64,000 nt of DNA from Mustelus asterias (GCF_964213995.1 NC_135808.1:12586001-12650000); one strand, 5' to 3'; counted from the first letter of the stretch, positions 50,732 to 63,770 are shown. Notes: generated by a model from the letters alone, not told the origin. Made by a program: numbers and translations.

Positions 50732-51519
50732 CGAAGTGGGGAAAAACATAAAGATGGGTACATGACACACAAAATGGCTGCCTGGCCCATAAAAAGTTAC
50801 CTGGGAGAGAGACATTATGTGGAGATGCCGGCGTTGGACTGGGGTAAACACAGTAAGAAGTTTTACAACACCAGGTTAAAGTCCAACAGGTTTATTTGGT
50901 AGCAAAAGCCACACAAGAATAAGAGCTCCGAAAGCTTGTGTGGCTTTTGCTACCAAATAAACCTGTTGGACTTTAACCTGGTGTTGTTAAACTTCTTAGA
51001 GAGACATTAAGCAGGCACTGACTTTTAGTGCAGACAGCTACTTGAAATTAAAACACGCAGAACAAATACTACAGGAAACAGCCAGGGCTTGAGGTACTTT
51101 TAAGATAAGGACAAGATCTAGGACAATAAGGACTGATAAAGAGGTTAGCCACAAATGGGAACGGGAACACATAAATGCAGGAAAACCAATTACTGTATGA
51201 ATAGACCGAAACTAAGTCATTGATAGGGAAAATGTACCCATTCTATGAAACAATGCGATGTTAAAAGCCAATGTCTGGCTGTAACGATATGTTAACTATC
51301 GATCCTACTCAACTGTAATGATGTGTTAAATGGCTAATGTCCTGACTATCCATTGTCTGAAAAGTATAAAAATGAACCACTCCTATTGTATCACTGAGAG
51401 AAGGTAGCTGCCTAAAGTACTGCGGAGTGCCAGTGTCTTTTCTCCACGAAGCTTCGTTAAATAAAACTGTATTGTTGAAACCTCCAGTCTGACTCCAAAG
51501 TGGCAATTTTCCCACAACA
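50732..51519 (+). mobile_element. Solo LTR (4-bp TSD TGGC)
   Basis: tggc|cgaagtggggaaaa...ttttcccacaaca|tggc; TATAAAA and AATAAA near the 3' end. Confidence 0.6.
50818..50998. mobile_element. Miniature palindromic Penelope derivative with 12-bp TSD (agagagacatta)
   Basis: ~60-bp inverted arms (aagaagttttacaacaccagg..gccacacaag / cttgtgtggc..gtgttgttaaacttctt). Confidence 0.8.
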
Positions 51520-51599
51520 TGGCACATGATCAGATTTGAAACCTCCAATAACTATGTTTCATTTTTAAACAGGATTTGTTCAGTTGCTCCTTTGGGATT

Positions 51600-52510
51600 A
51601 TAATAAAACACCAATGCATTAAAGCTTGGGGCAGCTGCTGCAGAGGCACAATGGGGAAGGTCGCTGTCTTAGACCTTTCAACCACAACGAACCAACAGGA
51701 GCAGAACCTCCTCGGGCTGAATGACTCACTGAATGCATACAGTGAAGATTACATGTACTGAAGCACCTTGGAGTACAATTTGTTCTATGTAGACAACCTT
51801 TAAAGTAACTGCAACATTTGAAAGACCATTGTAAAATGTCTGAAACGTTTCTTTTACTATACTGTATTAAGCCCCTTATCTTAGGAAGGATGTGCTGGCC
51901 TATGGAGAGGGTTAAGAATAGGTTCACGAGAATGTTCCTGGGAATTAAAAGCTTGGCACATGAGGAGCTTTTGAGGACTCTGGGTCTGTATTCAATGGAG
52001 TTTAGGAGGGGGATGAGGATGGGGGCGAAATCTGGTTGAGACTGACAGAATACTAAAAGCCCTGGATAGAGTGGAGATGTTTCCATTCGTAGGAGAGATA
52101 AGGTACCAAGGGCACAGCCTCAGAGTATGTGCTTCAGATGAGGAGGAGTTTCTTCAGCCAGACGGTGGTGAATCTATTGAATTCATTGCCACAGAAGGCT
52201 CTGGAGGCCAGGTCATTGGGTGTCTTTAAGACAGAGATAGATAGGTTCTTGATTAATAGGAGGAATCAGGGGTTATGGGGAAAAGGCAGGAAAATGGGGA
52301 TGAGAAAAATATCAGCCATGATTGAATGGCGGAGCAGACTCGATGGGCTGAGTGGCCTAATTCTGCTCGTCTGTCTTATGGTAAGAGGATCAAAGATTAT
52401 GGGGAAAAGGCGGGAGAATGGGGTTGAGAAACCTATCAGCCATGATCGAATGGCAAAGCAGACTCAATGGAGCGAATGGCTTAATTCTGCTCCTATATCT
52501 TATGGTTCCT
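51600..52510 (+). mobile_element. Tx1 3' remnant followed by a CR1 3' fragment
   Basis: KLGAAAAEAQWG-like remnant; FFSQTVVNLLNSLPQK. Confidence 0.7.
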
Positions 52511-53268
52511 CGATTTAAAAGTATATTTATTAGCGTCACAAGTAGGCTTATATTAACACTGCAATGAGGTTAGTGTGAAAATCCCCTAGTCACCACACTC
52601 TGGCACCTGTTAGGGTACACTGAGGGAGAATTTAGCATGGCCAATGCATCTAACCAGCACGTCTTTTGGACGGTGGGAGGAAACCCATGCATACAAGGGG
52701 AGAATGTGCAGACTCCACACAAACAATGACCCAAGGCCAGAAATGAACCCAAGTCCTTGGAACTGTTAGGCAGCAGTGCTAACCACTGTGCCACCTATAG
52801 TGTATTTAAGACAGAGGGTTCTTGATTGGTAATGGGATAAAAGGTTACGGGGAGAATGGGGGTTGAGGAACTTATCAGCTATGATCGAACGGCAGAGCAG
52901 ACTCGATGGGGAGAATGGCCTAAAACTGTTCCTATATCTTATGGTTGCTTGATGAATATAAAGGACCCGAATATCATTGCAAAAGGGCCATCACACAAAA
53001 AATGTTTGTAATGATTTCGCAGATGTATGAATAAAGTACATTTTTGAAATAAAACAAAAAAAGGCACTTTGCCCAGGAGAGCGCCAGTATTTGGAGGTGA
53101 CGCTGCAAACAGCGCGCGGGGCGGACAGGAAGCTCGAGCTCCACGGCCAACCGCCATTTTGTTCACATTTTCAAACCCTTTTTTTAAACAACAACAACGG
53201 CCACCGCCCGGAATTCTCCGCTCTCCATCACTAAAAATAACACACTTTCTCCAAATTCAGCTCCTTAC

Positions 53269-53317
53269 CTTCAGTGCAGGTTAAACCGATTCCCAGGAGG
53301 AGGCTGAGGTAAGACAT
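53269..53317 (-). CDS. Candidate leader exon MSYLSLLLGIGLTCTE-G (copy 1)
   Basis: Kozak-like gccgagATG, 16 codons + 1 nt, strong donor AAG|GTAAGG, located in a CpG-rich island. Confidence 0.5.
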
Positions 53318-53714
53318 CTCGGCAGGATCGCCCTTCCCGGCGGTTGCTCGGCCGCGGAGGTGAAAGCGGAGAGAGGGTTTGAACTTGTTCCAATATGACG
53401 GTTGCTGCCGTCTCCGAGTCTCCCCCTCTCCTCTCCCGGTTCATTCAGGGATGTGGAGCAGTGACCGAGAGCTCTCCTCCAACTCCCCCTACCCTCTCCC
53501 ACCCTGAGTTTGATTGCGACAGACATTGCCATACAGAGCTCGGCGGCTACAATACAGCAAAGGCAAGAGGCGGGACTCTGCTCGGCACGAACTTGTCCTC
53601 CTTCCTTAAAAGGTACAAACAATGTGCTGAGCAGACAGGGGGCACTCAAATCCACCCTCTTGCTTGCTCGCTTCAAAAATCAAATTGAATCCAATTGACA
53701 GTCCCTCCACAAAA

Positions 53715-54850
53715 GTTTTAAGGTTTATTAGTGTCACAAGTAGGCTTACTTTAATACTACAATGAAGTTACTGTGAAAATCCCTTAAAATTTATTTAATA
53801 GTATCAACAAGTACGCTTACATTAGCACTGCAATGAAGTTATTGTGAAAATCCCTTAGTTCAAGTTTATTTAATAGTGTCACAAGTAGGCTTACATTAAC
53901 ACTGCAGTGAAGTTACTGTGAAAATTCCCTAGTTGCCACACTCCGGCGCCTGTTCACTGAGGGAGTTTTTTTTAAAGCCTGACAATGCAGGAGGCCATTT
54001 GGCCCATCGAGCCTGCACCAACAACAATCCCACCCAGATCCATTCCTCATATCCCTATGTATTTACACTGCTAAACCCCCTGACACTAAGGGTCAATTCA
54101 GCATAGCCAATCCACCTAACCAACACATCTTTGGAGCGTAGGAGGAAACCAGAGCACCTGGAGGAAACCCACGCAGATGTGGGAGAGAACATACAAATTC
54201 CACAGACACACACCCGAGACTGGAATTGAACCCGGGTGCCTGGTGCAGTGAGGCAGCAGTGCTAACCACTGTGACGCCCGCTTTATTTAGCATAGCCAAT
54301 ACACCTAACCTTCCCATCTTTCAGACTGTGGGAGGAAACCCACGCAGACGTGGGGAGGGCATGCAAACTCTGCACAGACAGTGACCCAACCGGGGCTTGA
54401 ACCCAGATTCCTGGCAGTGTGAGGCAGATCCAAAGATGTGTGGGTTAGGTGGATTGGCCATGGTAAATTGACCTTTAGTGTCAGAGGTAAATACTGGGGG
54501 ATATGGCCTGGGTAGGATTGTTGTTGGCGCAAGCCCAATGGACCGAATGGTCGCCTCTTGCAGGGATTCTGTGGGCGGCACAGTGGTACTGCTGCCTCAC
54601 AATGCCAGAGACCCAGGTTGGTTCAGTGTGTGTGTGGAGTCTGCACGTTCTCCCCCTGTCTGCATGGGTTTCCTTCGGGTGCTGGAGTTTCCTCCCACAG
54701 TCTGAAAGATGTGCTGGCCATGCTAAATTCTCCCTCAGTGTGCAAGAACAGACACCGGAGTGTGGCGACTAGGGGATTTTCATGGTAACTTCATTGCAGC
54801 GTTAATGTCAGCCTACTTGTGACACTAAGAATCATAGAATAGAATCATTA
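53715..54850. repeat. Cluster of V-SINE fragments including a triplicated ~70-bp tail (53715-53930); duplicated at 57045-58190
   Basis: Repeated tttattagtgtcacaagtaggcttac..aagttactgtgaaaatccc. Confidence 0.8.
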
Positions 54851-56599
54851 AGTTTATTTATAAGATCCAAGCTGACAAGGTAAGACATCTGCACCCTGAT
54901 CTTGGGCTTGGTCTGATGCTCGATCAATGTTGGCGAAAAGATGTTGCAGCTGACAGGTAGACCTTGTTCCTTTAAGGACAGGGCGACACCACATAAACCA
55001 TGATGTGACGGAAATGAAATGCTGGTATTCCAGGCTATTTCCGGAGAGAAAGAATTATTCCGGTCGAGATGAGTCAGAGTTTTTGATGAAGAGAGAAGTG
55101 TGAGAGTTTATAAACCAGTGAAACTGGGAGAGGGCAGGAAGAACAAAATGTAACATCCACAATGGGATGGGGAAGGAAAGATTAAATCCAAGAATATTGA
55201 CAAAAAGAATGGTATGGGTATAGTTAGGAGAAGCAAAACTATTCAGATGTGACATTTGAACGGTCACATAGCAACCATCTGAATGCAAGTGTGAAATGAG
55301 ACAAAAAGAGAGCAAGATAGAGGTTCTTGAACTCAAATGTTCAATTGAGACGACTCAAGTTGAAAGATGAGAAGCTACTGCCACTTAAAACCATGCTGGA
55401 AAATCCCAGAACTTACAAGCAGAAATACAAAATGCAACACAAGATTGCTGCACACAAAACCTTGGTATGGTCTCAAACTGAAGCATGCAGCAGCAGTTTG
55501 AAACCCTGCCAAGCTTGGAAACAACAAGTTTTTCTCACAAATAACATTTCAACTCCAATGACTGTGCTAGAACAACCAGTGTTGTGTCCACGCTTAAGTT
55601 TCTGGAGAGGCCCACATGACAATGAAGACAACTGAGCAGGTTTAGAATGTTCCCCAAAGCAGTTCACCATGAAGTTACAATGATATTCCACCCATGTGTT
55701 AAACAAGTAATCCACTGAAAGAAATTTATATTATTTTATTTGAAGTTTATTTTTATTATTGTCACATGTCGGCTTACATGAACACTGCAATGAAATTACT
55801 GTGAAAATCCCCCAGTCGCCACACTCCGGGGCCTATTCGGGTAAACAGCGAGAATTCTTTTAAAATCCCTGCAGTGCAGGAGGAGGCCATTCGGCCCATT
55901 GATCCTGCACCGACAGCAATCCCACCCAGGGTCAATTACCCTTATTCCCACCTAATACCCCTGACAAAGGTGCAATTTAGCATGGCCAATCAACATATCC
56001 TGCACATCTTTGGAATGTAGGGGGAAAACGGAGCACCCGGAGGAAACCCACGCAGACACGGGGAGAACGTGCAAACTCCACACAGACACTACCAAGACTG
56101 GAGTTGAACTGGGTCCCTGACGCAGTAAGACAGCAGTGCGAACCACTGTGCCACCTACAGTGTATTTAAGACAGAGGGTTCTTGATTGGTAATGGGATAA
56201 AAGGTTACGGGGAGAATGGGGGTTGAGGAACTTATCAGCTATGATCGAACGGCAGAGCAGACTCCTATATCTTATGGTTGCTTGATGAATATAAAGGACC
56301 CGAATATCATTGCAAAAGGGCCATCACACAAAAAATGTTTGTAATGATTTCGCAGATGCATGAATAAAGTACATTTTGAAATAAAACAAAAAAGGCACTT
56401 TGCCCAGGAGAGCGCCAGTATTTGGAGGTGACGCTGCAAACAGCGCGCGGGGCGGACAGGAAGCTCGAGCTCCACGGCCAACCGCCATTTTGTTCACATT
56501 TTCAAACCCTTTTTTTAAACAACAACAACGGCCACCGCCCGGAATTCTCCGCTCTCCATCACTAAAAATAACACACTTTCTCCAAATTCAGCTCCTTAC

Positions 56600-56648
56600 C
56601 TTCAGTGCAGGTTAAACCGATTCCCAGGAGGAGGCTGAGGTAAGACAT
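56600..56648 (-). CDS. Candidate leader exon MSYLSLLLGIGLTCTE-G (copy 2, identical)
   Basis: Identical to 53269-53317, offset 3331 nt, inside the tandem duplication. Confidence 0.5.
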
Positions 56649-59600
56649 CTCGGCAGGATCGCCCTTCCCGGCGGTTGCTCGGCCGCGGAGGTGAAAGCGG
56701 AGAGAGGGTTTGAACTTGTTCCAATATGACGGTTGCTGCCGTCTCCGAGTCTCCCCCTCTCCTCTCCCGGTTCATTCAGGGATGTGGAGCAGTGACCGAG
56801 AGCTCTCCTCCAACTCCCCCTACCCTCTCCCACCCTGAGTTTGATTGCGACAGACATTGCCATACAGAGCTCGGCGGCTACAATACAGCAAAGGCAAGAG
56901 GCGGGACTCTGCTCGGCACGAACTTGTCCTCCTTCCTTAAAAGGTACAAACAATGTGCTGAGCAGACAGGGGGCACTCAAATCCACCCTCTTGCTTGCTC
57001 GCTTCAAAAATCAAATTGAATCCAATTGACAGTCCCTCCACAAAAGTTTTAAGGTTTATTAGTGTCACAAGTAGGCTTACTTTAATACTACAATGAAGTT
57101 ACTGTGAAAATCCCTTAAAATTTATTTAATAGTATCAACAAGTACGCTTACATTAGCACTGCAATGAAGTTATTGTGAAAATCCCTTAGTTCAAGTTTAT
57201 TTAATAGTGTCACAAGTAGGCTTACATTAACACTGCAGTGAAGTTACTGTGAAAATTCCCTAGTTGCCACACTCCGGCGCCTGTTCACTGAGGGAGTTTT
57301 TTTTAAAGCCTGACAATGCAGGAGGCCATTTGGCCCATCGAGCCTGCACCAACAACAATCCCACCCAGATCCATTCCTCATATCCCTATGTATTTACACT
57401 GCTAAACCCCCTGACACTAAGGGTCAATTCAGCATAGCCAATCCACCTAACCAACACATCTTTGGAGCGCAGGAGGAAACCAGAGCACCTGGAGGAAACC
57501 CACGCAGATATGGGAGAGAACATACAAATTCCACAGACACACACCCGAGACTGGAATTGAACCCGGGTGCCTGGTGCAGTGAGGCAGCAGTGCTAACCAC
57601 TGTGACGCCCGCTTTATTTAGCATAGCCAATACACCTAACCTTCCCATCTTTCAGACTGTGGGAGGAAACCCACGCAGACGTGGGGAGGGCATGCAAACT
57701 CTGCACAGACAGTGACCCAACCGGGGCTTGAACCCGGATCCCTGGCAGTGTGAGGCAGATCCAAAGATGTGTGGGTTAGGTGGATTGGCCATGGTAAATT
57801 GACCTTTAGTGTCAGAGGTAAATACTGGGGGACATGGCCTGGGTAGGATTGTTGTTGGCGCAAGCCCAATGGACCGAATGGCCGCCTCTTGCAGGGATTC
57901 TGTGGGCGACACAGTGGTACTGCTGCCTCACAATGCCAGAGACCCAGGTTGGTTCAGTGTGTGTGTGTGGAGTCTGCACGTTCTCCCCCTGTCTGCATGG
58001 GTTTCCTTCGGGTGCTGGGGTTTCCTCCCACAGTCTGAAAGATGTGCTGGCCATGCTAAATTCTCCCTCAGTGTGCAAGAACAGACACCGGAGTGTGGCG
58101 ACTAGGGGATTTTCATGGTAACTTCATTGCAGCGTTAATGTCAGCCTACTTGTGACACTAAGAATCATAGAACAGAATCATTAAGTTTATTTATAAGATC
58201 CAAGCTGACAAGGTAAGACATCTGACAAGGTAAGTCCAAAGATGTGCGGGTTAGGTTGATTGGCCATGCTAAAATTGCCCTTAGTGTCCTGGGATGTGTA
58301 GATTAGAGGGATTAGCGGGTAAAATATGTAGGAATATGGGGGTAGGGCCTGGGTGGGATTGTGGTCGGTGCAGACTCGATGGGCCGAATGGCCTCTTTCT
58401 GTACTGTAGGGTTTCTATGATTTCTATGACATCTGCACCCTGCTCTTGGGCTTGGTCTGATGCTCGATCAATGTTGGAGCTGACAGGTAGAGCTTGTTCC
58501 TTTAAGGACAGGGTGACACCACATAAACCATGATGTGACGGGAATGAAATGCTGGTATTCCAGGTAATTTCCGGAGAGAAATAATTATTCCGGTCAAGAT
58601 GAGTCAGAGTATTTGATAAAGAGAGAAGTGAGAGAGTTTATAACCAGTGAAACTGGGAGAGGGCAGGAAGAACAAAATGTAACATCCACAATGGGATGGG
58701 GGAAGGAAAGATTAAATCCAAGAATATTGACAAAAAGAATGGTATGGGTATAGTTAGGAGAAGCAAAACTATTCAGATGTGACATTTGAACGGTCACATA
58801 GCAACCACCTGAATGCAAGTGTAAAATGAGACAAAAAGAGAGCAAGATAGAGGTTCTTGAACGAATGTTCTTGAACTCAAATGTTCAATTGAGACGACTC
58901 AAGTTGAAAGATGAGAAGCTACTGCCACTTAAAACCATGCTGGAAAATCCCAGAACTTACAAGCAGAAATATAAAATGCAACATAAGATTGCTGCACACA
59001 AAACCTTAGTATTGTCTCAAACTGAAGCATGCAGCAGCAGTTTGAAACCCTGCCAAGCTTGGAAACAACTAGTTTTTCTCACAAATAACATTTCATCTTC
59101 AATGACTGTGCTAGAATATCTAGTGTTGTGTCCACGCTTAAGTTTCTGGAGAGGCCCACATGACAATGAAGACAACTGAGCAGGCTTACAATGTTCCCCA
59201 AAGCAGTTCACCATGAAGTTACAATGATATTCCACCCATGTGTTAAACAAGTAATCCACTGAAAGAAATTTATATTATTTTATTTGAAGTTTATTTTTAT
59301 TATTGTCACATGTAGGCTTACATGAACACTGCAATGAAATTACTGTGAAAATCCCCCAGTCGCCACACTCCGGGGCCTATTCGGGTAAACAGCGAGAATT
59401 CTTTAAAAATCCCTGCAGTGCAGGAGGAGGCCATTCGGCCCATTGATCCTGCACCGACAGCAATCCCACCCAGGGTCAATTACCCTTATTCCCACCTAAT
59501 ACCCCTGACAAAGGTGCAATTTAACACGGCCAATCAACATATCCTGCACATCTTTGGAATGTAGGAGGAAAACGGAGCACCCGGAGGAAACCCACGCAGA

Positions 59601-59789
59601 CGCGGGGAGAACGTGCAAACTCCACACTGACACACACACCCAAGACTGGAGTTGAACTGGGTCCCTGGCGCAGTGATGCAGCAGTGCTAACCACTGTGCC
59701 ACTGTGCAACCCCCCTTCATTTAGCATAGCCAATGCACCTAACCAGCATGTCGTTCGAACTGTGGGAGGAAACCGGAGCACCCAGAGCA

Positions 59790-61695
59790 TGGGCTTTTGC
59801 CTCACATCAATTCTGGATGCTGACTGGCAGCAAGTCCCTGTAAAATAGTATGTTGTAAATAAACAGTAATTGTTCCATACCTAACAGGTGAGCCAAAGTT
59901 ATTACTTTGGTGACGAGGATAAAAACATAGGGTGTCTGGTCTTCAGACTGTGAGTACTGCACCCATTGAGGTCAAAGTTAGGTTGCAAAATAGAAGTGTG
60001 CTGCCGGAAAAAATGCCTCTATTCGGTCAATTAGATCCATTTGATGCCTCCGTTAAGGATTGGATACAGTACATAAAATGTCTAGCTTATTATTTTATGA
60101 CCAATGGGATAGAGTAGGAGGGAAAGAAGGCAGCAATACTTTGAGCGCATGTGAGACCCAGGTCTAATGAACAGCCTCACATCCCCAAAAGCACCTGATT
60201 CAAATTCATTCACGGAAATAGTGGATTTGGTGAAGGCACACTCTCATCCTAAGCTCTGAGTCATCCTGCAGCACTTAGTTTAATTCCATGGGGAGAGCAC
60301 CAGGAGAGACCATTGCAGCCTACATTATGAAGCTAAGGCAAATTACAGAGCATTGCAACTTCAGGGCCACCCTGAGCAATATGCTGAGGGATCACTTAGT
60401 TTGTGGAGTCGATTGTTAGGCCATCCAGAGAAAGCAGAGACAGATGTCAATTTAAAAAGATGCTGGAGATAGCACTAGCGATGGAGATGCTAGGAAGGGC
60501 TCACTGGAGCTTCGGAGCATGCACAATAGTATGGTTAGGACAGGAAGCTGCAGTCAGCAGTGGTACCAAAAGTGACGATGCTAGTTTTAAACAGGAAGTA
60601 AATGTAGCAGCAAGCAGCGTTAGAAGCTTTAGGAGAGTGAACGCAACACCAAAGATTGAAGCAGAGAGTGTTACCAATGCAAGGGTAATCACTTCCCAGA
60701 AACTTGCAGGTTTAAGGAAGCAGAATGCTATTCAGGAAGGGGCACTGAGCCACCAATATAAAAGCAAGCCAAGCGTGCTAAGGGCAATAGAACAACATCA
60801 CAAGTACATAGTGTAGAAGATTTCCCTCCAAATGATGAGTATTCATTCACTGAACAACATGAAAGTGGGTAAGGTAGTCCCCCCCACCCCCAGTCCCTCA
60901 TCCTTGTGGTGCTTTTGGTTAATGGTAAACCTATAGAGATGGAAGTAGACACAGAAATGTACGCTACCATATTAGGGAAACACTCTTACAGGTATGTGCG
61001 AGAAGGAGTTCAATTTTTGGATTTAAGAAATACATCGGTAAAATTGGCAACCTGTATGGGAGAAGCCATCAAGATCATGGGTAGTACTATTGTAATAGTG
61101 AGATATCAGCAGCAATCTGCCCAACTCCCACTAATAGTTGTATCAATTTGAGAACCAAGTCTACTGGGCCTCGACTGGCTCAAAGAAATCAAGTTGGACA
61201 GAAATATTTCTGATAAAAGAAGGAGGCCTGCTAGAATTAATAAAGAAGTACAAAGATGTATTTTGTGATGAGCTAGGGAAAGTTAAGGGCCTGCAAGCAA
61301 AGATTGACGCAGACCCAGAGGCAGCCCCTTGGTTTTCCAGGGCCAGACCTATGCCTTGTTAGAAAAGGTAGAGACAGAATTGAAAAGATTAGAAGAACTG
61401 AGAATCATCTGACCAGTCCACACCTTTGGGGGTTGTAAGTTGATAATGAATCCAGCTGCCAAGCTAGACAAGTATCCCATTCCAAAGATGCAAGACTTGT
61501 ACTCAAAGCTGGCCAGAGGCCAATCTTATGAAAATGTAGACATGAGCCTTGCTTATTAGCAGCTAGAGCTGGACGATGCTTCCTGAAATTATGTTACAAT
61601 GATCACACACGTGTTTGTTTCAGTATATCTACCTGCCTTTTGGAGTGTCATCAGCTTGTGCCATATTCCAGAGAATGATGGAAGGTTTGTTAGAT
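59790..61695 (+). mobile_element. Degenerate Gypsy (Mag-like) LTR retrotransposon: LTR end, PBS, gag, protease, partial RT
   Basis: PBS-like TTGGTGACGAGG at ~59907; gag MPLFGQLDPFD..DWIQY; protease VNGKPIEMEVDT; RT YPIPK..LPFGVSSACAIFQR. Many stop codons. Confidence 0.85.
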
Positions 61696-62099
61696 AGGTC
61701 ACATGACAAAATAAAGCAATGCAGAGAGTGACGAGTTAATGCTTTGTTCCAGGATCCCTTAGGTAGAACTCAGGCAGAGTGCTCCATGGTATTAATTTTA
61801 GCACCTCTTTAGGGAAGATACACTGTAACTGCTCATACACTGTGCTGTTTCAGCAGATCCCTGAACAATTAATTTGTTCTCAAATTTCTGGAGGAATTGT
61901 CCAACAGTAGGTCATCAAAGGCAAGAGCTATCTCTCCAAACACAGCTTTCATAGTCTGGATATATCAAAAGCACAGCACGCATACGGGTGATTGGAAACC
62001 AGTTGTATGACCCTTGCGTACCATCCCCTCTCCAACAACCAACATTGAGACAGTGAGGGGAGCACATTAATAGGAAAGTTGTGCAACATAGATCTGTCA

Positions 62100-62850
62100 T
62101 TCAGTATTTAAAATCCATGGGCTAAAGAGTGGGAGTTCACAATTCACAGGTATTCAAGGTCACAATTTAAGGTAGCTCCTCGATTGTGGTCATGAATGCC
62201 TTCCAGATGAAGGCATTTAAAACAATGCTCCTGGATTTAGTGGATGGTCCTTTCAGCGCCGAAAAAAAAGACAAAGGAAATTAAAATGTGTGCAAACAGC
62301 TGAAAAAAAGTTGATTCTTTCCTCTTATACACAAATGTAGAAACACAAATTTGTGATGATTGATGAATATTTGACTTCTCTATCTAAATTAGACTTTCAA
62401 CTGAAGTTTATTTTCCCCTCGCCTTTTCAGTAATAAAATAGCTTATAACCAAGGTCTTTTAGTGAACCGTGCTATCACCCCCATCTAGTGATTTGTCTTT
62501 TTCATAGACTATATGGTAATACATGGTATCTAATACACTTTATCCCTATACATGCAGCATTTTCAGTATCTCTACTATATTATAATGCTAAGAAATTCTT
62601 AGAATTGCTTTTCAAGAGATTATTGCATTTTGGTGAAGAAAAATGTAGTTCTAAATTTTCAACTTTCATGTGTTAAACGCTTGAATATTTAATCGAATAT
62701 AATTTGCTTACAAGGAGGAAGAGTTGGTTTTATCTTATTTCCCTTTTAGATAGAGCTTAGGTGAAATAATCACCTTTTTCTGTCCAACATCAAACTGCTC
62801 TCTGTACACACATTGACATGCATGTATTTTTGCTCAGTAGACAGACATAG
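62100..62850 (-). other. Last intron / terminal exon / 3'UTR of a paralogue of the SLAM-like gene (upstream exons beyond the window)
   Basis: Collinear similarity to 17950-18570, e.g. ctatacatgcagca, ttgaatatttaatc, ttggttttat..ttttagata, ctcctggattt, tcacaggtaNtcaa. Acceptor homologue at 62250-62251. Confidence 0.65.
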
Positions 62851-63770
62851 AACATAGAACATGAGAACATAGAACATTACAGCGCAGTACAGGCCCTTCG
62901 ACCCTCGATGTTGCACCGACCTGTGAAACCAATCTAAAGCCCATCTAACCTACATAATTCCAATATCATCCATATGTTTATCCAATGACCATTTAAATGC
63001 CCTTAATGTTGACGAGTCCACTACTGCTGCAGGCAGGGCATTCCACGCCCTTACTACCGGCAGGGCATTCCACGCCCTTACTACTCTCTGAATAAAGAAC
63101 CTACCTCTGACATCTGTCCTATATCTATCACCCCTCAATTTAAAGCTATGTCCCCTCGTGCTAGCCATCACCATCCGAGGAAAAAGGCTCTCACTGTCCA
63201 CCCTATCTAATCCTCTGATCATCTTATATGCCTCTATTAAGTCACCTCTTAACCTTCTTCTCTCTAACGAAAACAGCCTCAAGTCCCTCAGCCTTTCCTC
63301 ATAAGACCTTCCCACCATACCAGGCAACATCCTGGTAAATCTGCTCTGCACCCTTTCCAATGCTTCCACATCCTTCCTGTAATGCAGCGACCAGAACTGT
63401 ACGCAATACTCCAATAAAAGCCAACACACTGTACGCCTTCTTAACAACCCTCTCAACCTGGATGCCAACTTTCAGGGATCCATGCACATGGACACCGAGA
63501 TCTCTCTGCTCATCCACACTACCAAGTATCTTACCATTAGCCCAGTACTCTGTATTCCTGTTACTCCTTCCAAAGTGAATCACCTCACACTTTTCCACAT
63601 TAAACTCCATTTGCCACCTCTCAGCCCGGCTCTGCAGCTTATCTATGTCCCTCTGTAACCTGCAACATCCTTCCGCACTGCCCACAACTCCACCGACTTT
63701 AGTGTCATCAGCAAATTTACTCACCCATCCTTCTACGCCTTCATCCAGGTCATTTATAAAAATGACAAAC
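62850..63770 (-). mobile_element. CR1 LINE 3' fragment
   Basis: ORFs 62950-63724; (catagaa)n tail. Confidence 0.9.

Larger units (their letters stand above)
52795..59700. repeat. Tandem segmental duplication, ~3.35 kb x2 (52795-56153 / 56154-59700)
   Basis: Both units start ccacctaYagtgtatttaagacagagggttc. ORF translations 53281-53698 and 56612-57029 are identical. Unit 2 has an extra SINE fragment at ~58235-58428. Confidence 0.95.

Noticed and set aside
53281-53698. 97-131 aa ORFs conserved identically in two places
   Set aside because: Identity reflects recent duplication of a GC-rich promoter, not coding constraint.
55473-55715. Cys-rich 80-aa minus-strand ORF after an acceptor-like tttctttcag (also 59017-59259)
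   Set aside because: No Ig or other domain pattern; its recurrence is explained by the tandem duplication.
62196-62218. 9-bp perfect hairpin aatgccttc-cagat-gaaggcatt
   Set aside because: A single short stem is expected by chance in 64 kb and it is not conserved in the paralogous exon.
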